Positions 47,916 to 60,226 of a DNA stretch of 64,000 nt are shown piece after piece. A model generated the notes under the pieces. It had not been told where the DNA came from. It was given only the letters and a program-made list of their open reading frames with translations, and made no database searches. Source of the DNA: Podarcis filfolensis (lineage: Eukaryota); the NCBI GenBank assembly GCA_964270895.1, contig OZ185448.1. One strand, given 5' to 3'. Every line of letters starts with the position of its first letter. The stretch's first letter is position 1. The translations under genes were made by a program, and so were the position numbers.

Positions 47916-48071
47916 GAGAAAATGAAGGGGAAGAACAAGCTGGTCCCTCGTCTGCTGGGCATCACGAAGGAGTCGGTGATGCGTGTGGATGAAAAGACCA
48001 AGGAGGTCCTCCAGGAGTGGCCGCTGACCACCGTCAAGCGCTGGGCGGCCTCGCCAAAAAGCTTCACTCTG
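47916..48071 (+). CDS. TLN2: TLN2 coding exon 9 (F3, integrin-binding PTB-like domain)
   Basis: ttcacag|GAG...CTG|gtaatc; EKMKGKNKLVPRLLGITKESVMRVDEKTKEVLQEWPLTTVKRWAASPKSFTL; 156 nt. Confidence 0.97.
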
Positions 48072-48469
48072 GTAATCGCTTTGTGAGGGAGAAGTGAGAT
48101 GGGTGGGAGGAGTTGCCTCATTGTGGTGACTAAGTTTCTACCCTGATGGTCAGTCTCCTCTCAACAGAGGCCTTGAGGCCTCCAAGAAGGATGTGGAACC
48201 TGTGGTCATCCAGGTGTTGTTGGACTCCAACGAATTTAGATTACTTTAACGTGTTATATGTGGGGCTGCCTCCGAAGACGGTTCAGAAACTTCAACTGGT
48301 ACAGAATTCAGCGGCCACTGGTGTCACTGAAGCAACAAGGCCAATACTGTCCCAGTTTTTCAAACCCATTTGGCTAGGGATAGCCAGCTTAGACCAATGT
48401 CAAGAACACCCACAGACAACTCTTTCTAAAAAGTCCTGTTACATCATTCAGATGCCAATTCCTGCCTTC

Positions 48470-48665
48470 ATCTCTGCCTCCCTTGCAGTGCCGCCTGAAG
48501 CAGGTCACTCCCAGGGGTCTACTCCTGGGAGTCTTCGGCACAAGGGTCTTCCCTGTCATCAGCTACCTGGTCCTTTTAACTGGAGACACTTCCAGGGATT
48601 GGACCTGGGACCTTCTGCATGCAGAGCAGGTGTTCTTCTGCCCAACAAGCTGTGGCCCCTTCCCA
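48470..48665 (-). mobile_element. tRNA-headed SINE (same family as 39342)
   Basis: Reverse complement has gggaaggggccacagct...tgcatgcagaaggtcccaggtccaatccctgg. Confidence 0.6.
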
Positions 48666-48868
48666 CACCCCACTAGATGGGAATCTGATGTGCTTGGTAT
48701 TGAACCCCCAATAGAAAAATAAAATTACAACCCGGTCTGATTACGACAAGTTCATGAAAACAGAGTTGGCAATTACTCTGGAGGAACTTGTCTGCCTCCA
48801 TTGCCCATCCTCAGGCCTTTACACTCTGCTTCTGTTTATCATTAGTAAAATGGTACTAATAGTGAAGT

Positions 48869-49152
48869 GGGACGTGGGTTGCTCTGGGGTCTAAACCACT
48901 GAGCCTCTTGGGCTTGCTAATCAGAAGGTCAGCAGTTCGAATCTGTACAATGGTGGTGAGCTCCCATTGCTCTGTCCCAGCTTCTGCCAACCCAGCTGTT
49001 CAAAAGCATGCCAATGCGGGTAGATAAATTTCCCAGAAAGCTGGACAAATGCCAGCTCCCTCAGTCTGAAGTGAGATGAGCACCGCACCCCATAGTCGCC
49101 ATTGACTGGACTTGACTGTCCAGGGGTCATTTACCTTTACCATTTTACCTTA
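48869..49152 (+). mobile_element. Sauria SINE (diverged, internally deleted)
   Basis: gggacgtgggttgctctggggtctaaaccactgagcc...ggtcagcagttcgaatc head; gtgagatgagcaccgcacccc...atttacctttacc tail. Confidence 0.8.
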
Positions 49153-49198
49153 CTAATGGCAAATTACTTTAGAAATAATAAATGTCTCATTTCCTTAG

Positions 49199-49300
49199 GA
49201 TTTTGGGGAGTATCAAGAAAGTTACTACTCGGTGCAAACCACTGAAGGGGAGCAGATCTCTCAACTAATTGCAGGTTACATTGATATCATCCTCAAGAAG
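49199..49300 (+). CDS. TLN2: TLN2 coding exon 10 (F3)
   Basis: ttccttag|GAT...AAG|gtaaat; DFGEYQESYYSVQTTEGEQISQLIAGYIDIILKK; 102 nt. Confidence 0.97.
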
Positions 49301-49687
49301 GTAAATGCTCTGATGACCATCGGCAAAGAAACTATGTCATGCAGTTTTGTTGAAAGATTTCTGGGTGTGAAGCTGGGTCAGTGGTATTAGGTGGGTTTTA
49401 TGTATTTATTTACACTAATGCATGGGAAGGCAAACTCTCAGTACTTTGCTGAGTGGGAGAGAAGCTGCCAGCTTCGCCTGGGGATGGAAAGTTAGGGCCT
49501 GATGCAGCCAAAATATCATTTTTCCCCCTCCTAACACTCCCATGGGTTCCAGTAAGTGATGGAGCTTCCAGGGCCCGACCGTGGACAGAGATCTGGGGCT
49601 CCACACAGCTCAGGGGTTCCCCAAACACCCCAGAAACACCATGGCTGAGGCGCTGTTATTTTTCTTGAAATGCTGGCTTTGCACTTC

Positions 49688-49723
<36 letters not shown>
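49688..49723. repeat. (AAT)12 microsatellite
   Basis: Directly visible. Confidence 0.97.
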
Positions 49724-50267
49724 TCTAGACTTGCATTGAGTCTCCATAGCACAGAGCTCTGTGTGTTCTGTGTGCCAGTCCAGCGCCACTTCCTAAGATG
49801 TCCAGGAAGTTGGTATGCACTGCTGGAGTCGGGACGGGACTTTTATTCCACAGCATTTAAAGAAAAATTAAATCCTCCTCAGCCCCCACATACAATGAAA
49901 TAAGGTAAACAGCACAAGCCCTTCTGAGCTCACACCCCCCCTGCCCTTTTCCAGGTAGGGAGAAGGATAGAGTTGGCCAGAGGAGCAGGTGAGATGGAAC
50001 ATACCTGGCCTGAAGACGCCATCAAACTTGGCAGCGCTCAGACGAAGCGTCTATGTTATAGTCAGGTGCTCCACCCCTTCCTGGCTCTCTGGCATCCCCT
50101 AAGAGAGTCTGTGGGCAAAGTGACTCTCAGAGTCACATAGTGTAGAGTCTGCAGCCAGGGGTGGATTCCAGTGTTTCAGGACAAGCAACTCTCAGCTTGG
50201 AAAATGGGCTCCATTTACAAAGAGGAGGTGACGGCTGAAGTTCTTTCTGGTGTCTCCTGTTCTGCAG

Positions 50268-50344
50268 AAGCAAAGTAAGGACCGTTTTGGACTGGAAGGG
50301 GATGAGGAATCCACAATGTTGGAAGAATCCGTATCGCCTAAAAA
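50268..50344 (+). CDS. TLN2: TLN2 coding exon 11 (head-rod linker)
   Basis: ttctgcag|AAG...AAAA|gtatgt; KQSKDRFGLEGDEESTMLEESVSPK; 77 nt. Confidence 0.97.
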
Positions 50345-50819
50345 GTATGTTGTTCTGCATAACATAATTGCAAATGAAAATCTTTAATTTTGCTGTGTTG
50401 AATTACACAACCTCTGTCCTGTAACTGCCCCAGGCTGTGTAAATGTGTCAGCCAACAAGGAGCAGCCATTGGTTGTGGAGCTTTTCCCTCTATTGCATTG
50501 CCCCAGTTAACGCAAAACCAAGCAAAAACCCTTTACTGAGATGGTTCCATGGAAATTTGGAATTCCTTGGAAAATTAACAAGAATTCTTAGAGACCTTAG
50601 AAGGTCATTAGTGGCAGGCAGGTGAAGCACCCTCAAAAGAGGCAGGCGGATGAAATATTTGGGGTACCACTTTTTATTTGCTTAGTTTAAAAATGAAAAC
50701 AAAAAGTGGGATGCTGTCAATCTTCCCTTCAGTGTGTAGCTGAGCTAGAAAAGTACAACACAAGGAATGCACTTTTCTTTATAAAAGTATTTGCATACCT
50801 TCATTTAAAAATCAGCATG

Positions 50820-50821
<2 letters not shown>

Positions 50822-50867
<46 letters not shown>

Positions 50868-51170
50868 TAATATATTTCTGCCCCACCCCATCTGACTGGG
50901 TTTCCCACTCTGGGCAGCTTTTCAACAGAACATTAAAAACAGAATAAAACTTCAAACATTAAAAACTTCCCTAAACAGGGCTGCCTTCAGATGTCTTCTA
51001 AAAGTCGGATAGTTGTTTATTTCCTGGACACCTGACAGGAGGGCGTTCCACAGGAAGGGCGCCACTACTGAGAAGGCCCTCTGCCTGGTTCCCTGTAACC
51101 TCACTTCTCGCAGTGAGGGAACCACCAGAAGTCCCTCGGAGCTGGACCTCAGTGTCCAGGCTGGACGATG
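50822..51170 (-). mobile_element. L2 3' fragment with (TAA)n tail (an older L2 piece follows at ~51245-51640)
   Basis: Minus ORF EVRLQGTRQRAFSVVAPFLWNALL; next piece HWLPISYHTMFKVPALIYKALNNLGPGYLRD. Confidence 0.85.
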
Positions 51171-52076
51171 TTTACAACAATTTTGCATAAAACCATACAA
51201 TGAAAACCATATGAACAAGTTAAAATCAGAAATCAGCTAAGTGTTGTGGAGAGACATATTCCAAATTGTCTGCACAGGCCTGGCAGAACAGAAGAATTTT
51301 CAGCAGGTATTTAAAAGTTGGCACAGAAGGCACCTGCTGAATCTCTCTTGGCAGGGCATTCCACAAGGCTTGGCCCATGACACTGAAGTTTCAGTTTCTT
51401 GTTGTTGTCAGATGAGCCTTGCTGGTGACATTCCTGCAGATGATATTAGTGATCTGGCTGGGATAAAGGTTTGGGTGGTCCCTGAGGTACCCTGGACCTA
51501 AGTTGTTCAGGGCTTTGTAAATTAATGCAGGGACCTTGAACATGGTGTGGTAGGAGATGGGCAGCCAGTGCAAGTGTGCTTAAACAATGGGGTCACAGGC
51601 TCTCCACCAGATGCCCCCACCAGCAGTTTGGCCACTGCTTCTGCACTGGCTGGAGCTTCAGCATTGACTGGGGTGGGGAAGGCCCCTGAGGTCAATGTGG
51701 CCCCCCAGGCATCTTGGTTGAGACCCTCAGGCTTCTCCCTAGGCCCTGCCCCTCCCTGGCCCTGCTGTGCATCCTTCTCAAGTGCTTTTGCTGGGCTGGA
51801 ATGGAGATGCCTCTTGCTTGCTTGGAAGGAGGTGCGTATGTGTAGTACTTCCGGCTTTTGATTGCTGGAGTGCAGTGTACCCCACACAATCTGGCTGGAG
51901 ACTCTGGGTTCAGCACCCCATTAAACCACAAAGCCTAACCTACTTCACAGGATTGTTGCAAGGAAAAAAGGGCAAGAGAACGATTTTTCTGCCTTACGCT
52001 TCTTGGAGCAAGGTAAAAACAAACCGGGGGGAAATCCACAACTTTTTGCAGTTGCATCCCATGCTTTCTTTTGCAG

Positions 52077-52257
52077 ATCGACAATCTTGCAGCAGCAGTT
52101 CAACCGAACGGGGAAAGTAGAGCATGGCTCTGTCGCCCTGCCAGCTGTCATGCGTTCAGGCTCCACGGGGCCAGAGACCTTCAACATTGGCAGCATGCCT
52201 TCTCCGCAGCAGCAGGTGACCGTTGGCCAAATGCACAGAGGGCACATGCCTCCCTTG
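52077..52257 (+). CDS. TLN2: TLN2 coding exon 12 (linker, region of the calpain site)
   Basis: ttttgcag|ATCG...TTG|gtaagc; (K)STILQQQFNRTGKVEHGSVALPAVMRSGSTGPETFNIGSMPSPQQQVTVGQMHRGHMPPL; 181 nt. Confidence 0.97.
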
Positions 52258-53491
52258 GTAAGCAACCGTCTGGTCTTTTGTTATCCTCCCCGCCAACACG
52301 TAACCTCTTCCTGGTTTTTACCTGGGGTTTTCACCCTTCTGAAAATGTTCTTTCAGAGCTTCAAGACACAAATTGGGGGGTGGGGGCAGTGATGCCACAG
52401 GCAGAAGGGTGCTCGGAGCACAGGAACCAGCCTCATAACAGGCCAGGCTATCCATTGGTCCATCTGACTAGCTCCATGGCTTGAGCTGTTCCTCAGTTGG
52501 GGATACTGGCTGTAGAATGTCCTGTAATGGTCAACTGTGTTTTGGGTTAGTGGGGCAGAGGAGTTAAAACTCTGAATAGCCTGATTTTCCCACCCTATTA
52601 CTTGCTTCTTACAAGGACACATCCCTGTCATGTCATGCTTCCGGCAGCTAAGGAGCTGAAGACAGAACTGTAAAGGAACAGACTTAGAAGTTCACAGCTT
52701 CTTACTGCCACTGTCAGCCAAGGATCATTATTCCCGGCTGAGTGGGACATTGAAGCATCAGGATGTTTCGTCTGTTTAGTTTTCCCTCAGTAAAACCTTT
52801 TAATGCACGTGTCAATCAGCAATTGAAAGCATTTGCTGATGAACCTGCTGTGGTGTCAGCACTCTGGGAGGATTCCGGTCACTTAGCCCAGAAGAGATTC
52901 AAAGCTGAGTTTGTGTCCTTCGTCTGTGAACAATCATCAGGCTCATCCATCACAACAGCCTTTGTACTGGAAGGTGGCGACCCACCTCAGCTTTCCCCAG
53001 ATTTATTCAGAAAGAGGAAAAGGTCAAGCCAGCAGTGGGGAGCCTTGGACCCCTGTGCCAAACCTGCCCCCGGGTCACAACCCTCACCAGCCCTGCTTCT
53101 GCCTGAGTAGGATGTGACTGTCTCTAACCGAGGCGGCTTTAGATGTGACCCAATGAATAGTGCTGGTGGCGACAGGCCGCTCCCACCCACCTGCCCACCC
53201 TGATGCAGATATTATCTCTTGCTCTAACAGTTGTTGACAGATTTAGTTGTGGTAGAATCCCCGGCGAAAATAACCTCACTTGACTCTTCCTCCTTGAACT
53301 GCCCAGCGCGGATTCCTCAGAGCACGCTCGGCTGATCTTTGTTGCTCTTGATTATTTGACCTCATTATGTTTGCTGCGCACTCCTCGTCTTTGGGGATGA
53401 GGTGTCTGTTTCTGAAAATCTCTCCCAAGAGCTCAGAGCTGCCTGTGAGCTGCCCGTTGCACCTTTCTCCCCCTACCTTCTTCCTCCCTAG

Positions 53492-53605
53492 ACCTCTGCC
53501 CAGCAGGCCCTGATGGGAACGATCAACACCAGTATGCATGCGGTTCAGCAGGCCCAGGCCGACCTGACCGAAGTGGACAGCCTCCCGCCGTTAGGAAATG
53601 ACATG
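53492..53605 (+). CDS. TLN2: TLN2 coding exon 13 (R1)
   Basis: tccctag|ACC...ATG|gtaagt; TSAQQALMGTINTSMHAVQQAQADLTEVDSLPPLGNDM; 114 nt. Confidence 0.97.
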
Positions 53606-54531
53606 GTAAGTCCGGGGCCAGTTAAGCAGAGCAAAGTCGTTGCTTCAGGCAGCAGGTGTGGAGGAGGGGAAGGGGGGGGCAACACGCACCTGCCATTCCC
53701 CTCTGTTGCAGATTGAAGTTGTCTTTGCACATGGTAGGTGATGTGCCCCCAAAACTAACCTGCAGTGGGGGACGCCATCTCATCCCATTGCCAGTACTGA
53801 ACGAGGAATCAGCTGCCAGCCCAACCTCATTCTGAACATGAAATTGAGGGGTGTCAGGGGAGGGTCTCATCTTACCCTTTGCCTCAGACAGCAAAATGTC
53901 TTGGGCTGGCCAAGCAGAAACCTAAGGAGGTGGGCTGTGTGATAGTTTGCTGATTTCCCCATGCATCCAGATGCCTGTGCTGCATTTTGGCAGGACTTTC
54001 AAGAAAATGTTCTTTCGCCATTATGCAAAGCGGTGTTAAATCTGGCAATTCGCAGCATGCAGTTGGGTGCCCCTCCCTGTAGGAAACAACCAGATTCATC
54101 AGTCTGTGAACAAGCCCTTTGTCAGCTCTTGTTACAGTCTCACTGGTGCTCAAGTCATAGGTCTGCTCCATCCCATTCTGTGTAGATTTTCTGACAGAAT
54201 CCACACAAATGGTCCACACAGAGCTTCCCCTAAGATACATATCTTTCAATACTTTTTGTGGCACTTTCCTGTAAAATAAACATTTTTCCTGTAAAATACA
54301 TACTGTTACTGTTTTGCATACCTTGAATCTGGAGAAATGCATCATCAGTTGTGTTTGATCTGTGAGCTAATTTGGACTACCGACTCAGGTCTGTACACTA
54401 CAAAAGCAGACTGAACAAATTCCTACATAATCCCCACCTCTGACTTGAGCCTACTCAACTTTCATTGTTTCATGGATGCTTCTTGCAGGTGGCTATGCAT
54501 GTTGAAGCTGACCTTTTCCGTTGCTTTCTAG

Positions 54532-54640
54532 GCTTCCAGAGTTTGGGTTCAGAACAAAGTGGATGAATCCAAACATGAAATACACTCTCAGGTTGATGCC
54601 ATCACTGCAGGAACAGCTTCTGTTGTGAACCTTACAGCAG
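54532..54640 (+). CDS. TLN2: TLN2 coding exon 14 (R1)
   Basis: ctttctag|GCT...GCAG|gtgagt; ASRVWVQNKVDESKHEIHSQVDAITAGTASVVNLTA; 109 nt. Confidence 0.97.
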
Positions 54641-55029
54641 GTGAGTTGGCAATCGCTGGTGTGCAGGTTCCTCTGCAGTGTCATGCTGGCTTATGGGTCA
54701 TTCAAGAGCCTTCCCCTCTGCAGATGGCTGCAGACCTTCATGCGGGAGAAATGGGAGACTATGGGTGGATTCAGATGGCAATGCTAAAACATCATTTGGA
54801 ACTGTATAAACAAGCCTAAGGAACCTAGGAATCTGCCTTAGAGCAGGTCAGACAGTTAGTCCAGATTGCTCACTTGTTATTTACTCTGACTAGTGGCTGC
54901 TCTCCAGGGTCACAGGTAGAAAAGAATCTTTCTCATCGCAGATTTGGAGAAAGTGGAGAAGGAAAAGTTTTTCTCCCTGTCTCGTAACACTAGAATGTAT
55001 GGTCTTCCAATGATGCTGAACATTGGATT

Positions 55030-55440
55030 ATTCATGCAGCACATAGTTAAAAAAAAAATATTTTCTTGATTTACAAAAATATGTACATGCATTGCCTCTT
55101 TTTCAGGTTGTAGAGTCTTTTCTACAGATCAGTTCCATTTGATGTGAGACATTAGTGTTGTGTACAGTATAAGGTAGGGGAGGGGTGGTAAAGCTTTTAT
55201 TCTTTTACTTAGTGTTCACAAGGTTTTTGTGTCAGTGTCACATGGGTAAGTTCTCTTTCTATTCATTTATTATTTTCCCTTGGCAGTGAGAAAGGGGGGG
55301 GGCAGGCCATGGTTGGTTGTCTTTAGTTGACTGCAGCGAGAGTTGTTAGCATGTGGGGGGATTGTTGGGTCAGGTTAGCCATGTTGATTTGTATGCTTTC
55401 AGTGGGTTCTTGTTGTTGGGCTGTTTGTGTAATAAAGGGG
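55030..55440 (-). mobile_element. L1 3' end fragment (same family as 21695)
   Basis: Shares ttctacagatcagtt.catttg.tgtgagacattagtgttgt with 21760-21810. Confidence 0.7.
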
Positions 55441-55990
55441 AGCTGGTTTGTTTTGTTTTCTTCTTGTTTTTATTATGTACTTTGTGGTTTTATTCTGTAA
55501 TTCTATGCTGTGCACCACCCTGAGATTTTTGGATGAAGCGTGGTATACAAATATAGTAATAATAAAGTGTCAGTGCAGTAGCACTAAAACCTTAGTGCAG
55601 AGATGAAGACCCGAAGGCCATTCAAAAGTTGTTGGGACTACAGCTTTCATCAGCCTCGGCCAGCATGATCAGTGGGGAGGGACAATGGGAGTTGTTGTAC
55701 AACAGGGCACCAGGTTGAGTAAGGCTTCTATAAAATATAGGCTAGGGACACGGAACCTGTGGATCTCCAAGTGTTTGTTGGCGTCCAACACCCATCAGCC
55801 CCAGCCAGTGTGTTCAGCTATCATGAATGATGGGAGTTGTAGTCCAACAACATTTGGAAGGCACCAAGTTCCCAAGCCGTGACTTAGTAAACAAAAGAAA
55901 AGAAAACATTGTTAACTGCTGGTCTCTGTGTTGACTTTAGGGGCTATTCATTTACTGACCCACCCGTGGCTGATCCTTCCTGTTTGGCAG

Positions 55991-56199
55991 GTGACCCAGT
56001 TGACACGGACTACACTGCTGTGGGGTGTGCGATCACCACCATCTCTTCAAACCTCACTGAGATGTCCAAAGGAGTCAAGCTTCTTGCTGCGCTAATGGAT
56101 GATGACGTTGGAAGTGGGGAGGACCTATTGAAAGCTGCCCGCACCCTTGCAGGAGCTGTGTCGGACTTGCTGAAGGCTGTGGAGCCAACGTCAGGAGAG
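55991..56199 (+). CDS. TLN2: TLN2 coding exon 15 (R1)
   Basis: tttggcag|GTGAC...GAG|gtgaag, branch-like tactgac at 55953; GDPVDTDYTAVGCAITTISSNLTEMSKGVKLLAALMDDDVGSGEDLLKAARTLAGAVSDLLKAVEPTSGE; 209 nt. Confidence 0.97.
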
Positions 56200-58011
56200 G
56201 TGAAGTCACAAAACTGACTCATAAGCACAGAGTTCTGACACTAGATACTGGGGAAAGGATATGTTGAAATCTGTGAAAAATTGCACAGTTGCATTTTTTT
56301 AAGGGTACTTCCCAATGGCAAGATGATGATGTTGCTCCTTATTAAATGGTTGGGTAGAGCAGAGTTAGTCAATGTGGTGTGCATCTTGTCAGATGTCCCC
56401 AGCCTGGTGCCCTCTATTTGGACCTCAGCTTGCACCACCTTCCTTCATCATTGCCCATGCTGGCTGGAGCTGATGGCAGTTGTGGTCCAACTGGAAACCA
56501 AAGGAGGACAGAGAGCTCTTGTGCTCGGGTCTCGCTTGCTGGTTCCCCCAGGCATCTGGTTGGCCACTGTGAAAGCAGGAGGTTGGAATGGATGGACCAT
56601 TGGCCTGATCCTGCAGGCTCTTCTTGGGTTCTTATTTTCCACATTGACTACCCCTGGGGTAGATAGGGTTTTGGCCCTGACTAGTGGTTTGAATCTTCCT
56701 GCCTTCTCCTTAGCCCACCCCATTGGAATGGCTTTTCTTGGCTTTTCATCTTACTAGGTCTTGTCTTGAAACCAATAATCTGTGCTGCTGTGTTCTGTGT
56801 GTGCCTTTCTCTTTCTCTCAATCCCCCAAATGACTTACCAGCTGTTAACACACATTCTGCCTCTCCCATGGAGCTCTCCAGAATTTCACCAACTGGGGCA
56901 TGCTCAGAATTTGCTCATGCTCTCACTTCAGCACAGGGGTCCACGCATGCAACCCAGCAAGGCTTCTGTTAAGCTACAGATGGCCTGAGCTGTGTTTTCC
57001 CTGCTGGAATTCAAATCCTGAGTCCTGTATGTGTATCACGATTTCATACAGGTGATGCTCACATTGATAACTCCTTTCCCAAAATTTTGCTTCACGTTCG
57101 CTGTACTGAAGGATGTAAGGCTGATAGTCAAAACAGGAAGTGCCATATTAAGGTAATACTATTATTGGCCAACCAGATGCCTGTGGGACACTCAAAAGCA
57201 GGGTCTGAGCACAGGAGTCATTCTCCCCTCCTGTGGGTTCCAGCAGCTGGCATTCAGAAGCATCGCTGTCTCCAACAGTGGAGGCAGAGGCACCAGTAGC
57301 CTTCTCCTCCATGAATTTGCCTTTTAGGCCAACCAAGACTTCACAAATAGTGTGCAAGCTTTGGAGTTCTCTGCAAGAGTTCTGGGAAGAGTTACTGAGA
57401 ACCTGAAAGCTTACACATTATTTTGTGACATTTTGGTTCACCTAATAAAGGCATTGCAGGGATAAGGAGTTTGGAATGAGTACTAAGTACATACCTCTAC
57501 ACAATGATAGTTTTCTCTTGCTTTCCTGAAAATTGATAATGTATCGCACTTATGGCAGTGAAGTCTCTGGTGCTGACTGGCTAAAGTCATGTTCAGTTGT
57601 GCAAAGAACCAAACAGTTTTGCAGTCTGGTTTCTATGAGGGAAGGGAAACTGTTCATTCAGCTGGGATTAAAACCTTGCACATTTATAGGTTGAAGACCT
57701 AAGAAGTGATGTAGGGGCATTAATGGGACAAGGAAGCTCAGAGGAAAAGAGACTGAAGAAAAGGTGTAAAGTTAATAATAGACTGAGGATGGGTAAATGA
57801 AGACTGAGACTTGAAGAAAGAATTTCCTGGCTGATGATGATGCCTTGTGTATTTAGGCTATAGTTGGATAAGCTCATTTTGGATAAGAGGCCTGCTCTGT
57901 GCAGCAACATGCTCTGTCGATGTTCTGGAAAACAAGTGATCTGAGAACCTCACCTCCTTGTATTAACCTAGTAGCTTAACTTCATAATCTCTTTCTCTCC
58001 CCCCTAACTAG

Positions 58012-58110
58012 CCTCGCCAGACGGTCTTGACAGCAGCCGGGAGCATCGGGCAAGCCAGCGGTGAGCTTCTCAGACAGATCGGAGAAAATGAAACCGATGA
58101 ACGATTCCAG
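58012..58110 (+). CDS. TLN2: TLN2 coding exon 16 (R1/R2)
   Basis: ctaactag|CCT...CAG|gtgagg; PRQTVLTAAGSIGQASGELLRQIGENETDERFQ; 99 nt. Confidence 0.97.
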
Positions 58111-58703
58111 GTGAGGGCATCTCCTGTGCTGTTCCTTTTCCACCTTGGATCTGAGTAGAACATTGCTGTGAGCATGTATAATTCAGAGCCACAACTCCCC
58201 TGAATAAGTTTTCAATTGGTTACTCCTCTGAATTTTAGCTGATTATTCCATTACTCTGTTGATTTAAATTTGCACATGGGCAAAATTTGTGTATGGGTAA
58301 AGCAATATTTCTGAAGGAAGAAGCATTTTATTTGCTTTTGTCTCTAGATGTTATACAAACACTAAGCAGGGGGTTGGGAGATTGGTCTAGGAGGTTTTGC
58401 TCCTGTTTATGACTGAGAATACCTCCTTTAAGATGGTGCATTTCAGGTTCGGCCTTTTCAAGCAGTTCTGCTTTATATTTATCAGCTGCCCTGTTAATCA
58501 GGAATGCCATTTTTAGTCAGTTAAAACTGGTTAATGCAACCAATTAATCAATTAAATATTGTGGCCCCAATAGAAATGTTTTCAGTACCATAAGTACATT
58601 TTCTGTTCTCACCTTTAGCTTTATATTATTACCACCACCATTATTCCTAACTTCTGTCGTTATTATTTTAAAAAGAGTGCTTTGGCTTTTAGCTTTCAGA
58701 ACA

Positions 58704-58872
58704 GGAGAAGGGCTGTAGCTCAGTGGTTGTGCATCTGCTTTGAATGCAGAAGGTTTCAGGTTCAATCCCCGGCATCTGCAGATAGGCATGTGAAAAGTCT
58801 CCTGCCTGAACTCCTAGAGAGCCACTGCCAGTCAGTGTAGACAGTATGGGGCTCGACTGACCAATGGAACTC
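58704..58872 (+). mobile_element. tRNA-headed SINE, followed by a hAT-like MITE (58872-59004)
   Basis: ggagaagggctgtagctcagtggttgtgcatctgctttgaatgcagaaggtttcaggttcaatccccggc head; the MITE matches 5745-5889. Confidence 0.75.
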
Positions 58873-59122
58873 AGGGTGACTATATGTCCTCTTTTTTCAA
58901 GGCACACCCCCTTTTCATGGCTAGAGTCGTCATAACGATCCATAGTTAAAAGCAGAAGTCAGCAAATGTGTCCTATTTTATGCTCTTCAATATCTGGCAA
59001 CCCTTTCTTTGGTTCCTGTGTTATCATTGGCATATGCTTTGTGATGATAAAACGATGTGTTTGTGTCAGAGATAAAAGTGAACTAAGCATGAATCTCTTC
59101 CTTGACCCTCCGCCTTCTCCAG

Positions 59123-59290
59123 GATGTGTTGATGAGTCTTGCCAAAGCAGTCGCCAATGCCGCCGCCATGTTGGTGCTGAAGGCCAAGAATGTGGCCCAA
59201 GTGGCCGAAGACGCGGTTCTGCAGAACAGGGTGATCGCTGCTGCCACGCAGTGTGCCCTCTCCACTTCTCAACTGGTGGCCTGTGCAAAG
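59123..59290 (+). CDS. TLN2: TLN2 coding exon 17 (R2)
   Basis: ttctccag|GAT...AAG|gtgtga; DVLMSLAKAVANAAAMLVLKAKNVAQVAEDAVLQNRVIAAATQCALSTSQLVACAK; 168 nt. Confidence 0.97.
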
Positions 59291-60226
59291 GTGTGACTCT
59301 GGTGTCGGTGGGAGGTTGGAACCCTTGCAGAATAGTTCTTCAGTAGCTCCTCGTAGACAGGAGTTTGGCACAAGGCAGAAAGAGACCCAGAGAAGTTGAT
59401 AAAAAAGGCCCCAGGAGCTGTGATAACTGCATTGCAGAGGGTTGGACTAGATGACCCTCAGGATCCCTTCCACCTCTGTTGTTCTATGATCCATGAACAC
59501 ATCTGGGGCTGTGCTTTTTTATTTAAAATATAAGCATCACCGGAGAGTGCAAACTGTTTCCTCAATGGATGTTGACAATATCTAGCACAGTCTTCAACAT
59601 TCTGATACTGTCCTAATGTGGATTGCAGCCATTGGACTGGGTGAATGAGGCTGATGGGAGATGCAATCCAGCAACATCTGGAGGCCCCCATTGGCTCCCT
59701 CTGGGTTAGGCCGCAAGACAGCAGTAGGCCCAAGACCTCCCACCGCCACCTGTGTATCCTGTGTAGCAGGGTTTTCTTCTATTGATCCCACCCCTCAAAT
59801 GGAGTGGCTTACAAAAAAACAGACACACAGGCCTTTTCTGCCATGGCTCCCTGTTTATGAAATGCTCTCCCCAGGGATGTTCATCTGGTGCCTTTATTAT
59901 CTATTTGAAGGCGCCAGACAAAAATGTTCCTCTTCGACCTGGCCTTGGGCTGATCAATATTCTACTCTACAGCCTTTTAAATGTATTTATGGGAGTTGTT
60001 TCTATTTATTTGTGCTTTTATCTTGTATTCTTCTCTTGTGAACCACCCTGAGATCTGTTGATAAAGGGCAGGATATAAATCTAATAAATAGAATTCATTG
60101 GGCGTCCTTGGGACATTCAGTCCCTCTCTCGGCCTAAATTCCCACACAGAGTTGTCGTCAAGACTAAGTGAGGGTGGGACAGCCAGCTCTCCTGTGTCAA
60201 ACATGGCGGCTGTGCTTCCTTTACAG

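Noticed and set aside
54641-54819. Read-through ORF after exon 14 as an alternative C-terminus
   Set aside because: The donor is a consensus gtgagt, the read-through peptide shows no recognisable features, and there is no other support.
55909-55990. In-frame upstream extension of exon 15 via the AG at 55940
   Set aside because: It adds 50 nt (a frameshift), and a good branch point (tactgac at 55953) lies downstream of it, favouring the canonical acceptor.
58704-58780. tRNA genes (also near 8424, 10452, 39342, 48869)
   Set aside because: These are tRNA-derived SINE heads that continue into SINE bodies and tails, and they lack intact cloverleaf pairing.
58111-59122. A counterpart of the TLN1 cassette exon 17b in the equivalent intron
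   Set aside because: No in-frame segment with a convincing acceptor and donor was found; much of the intron is SINE or MITE.
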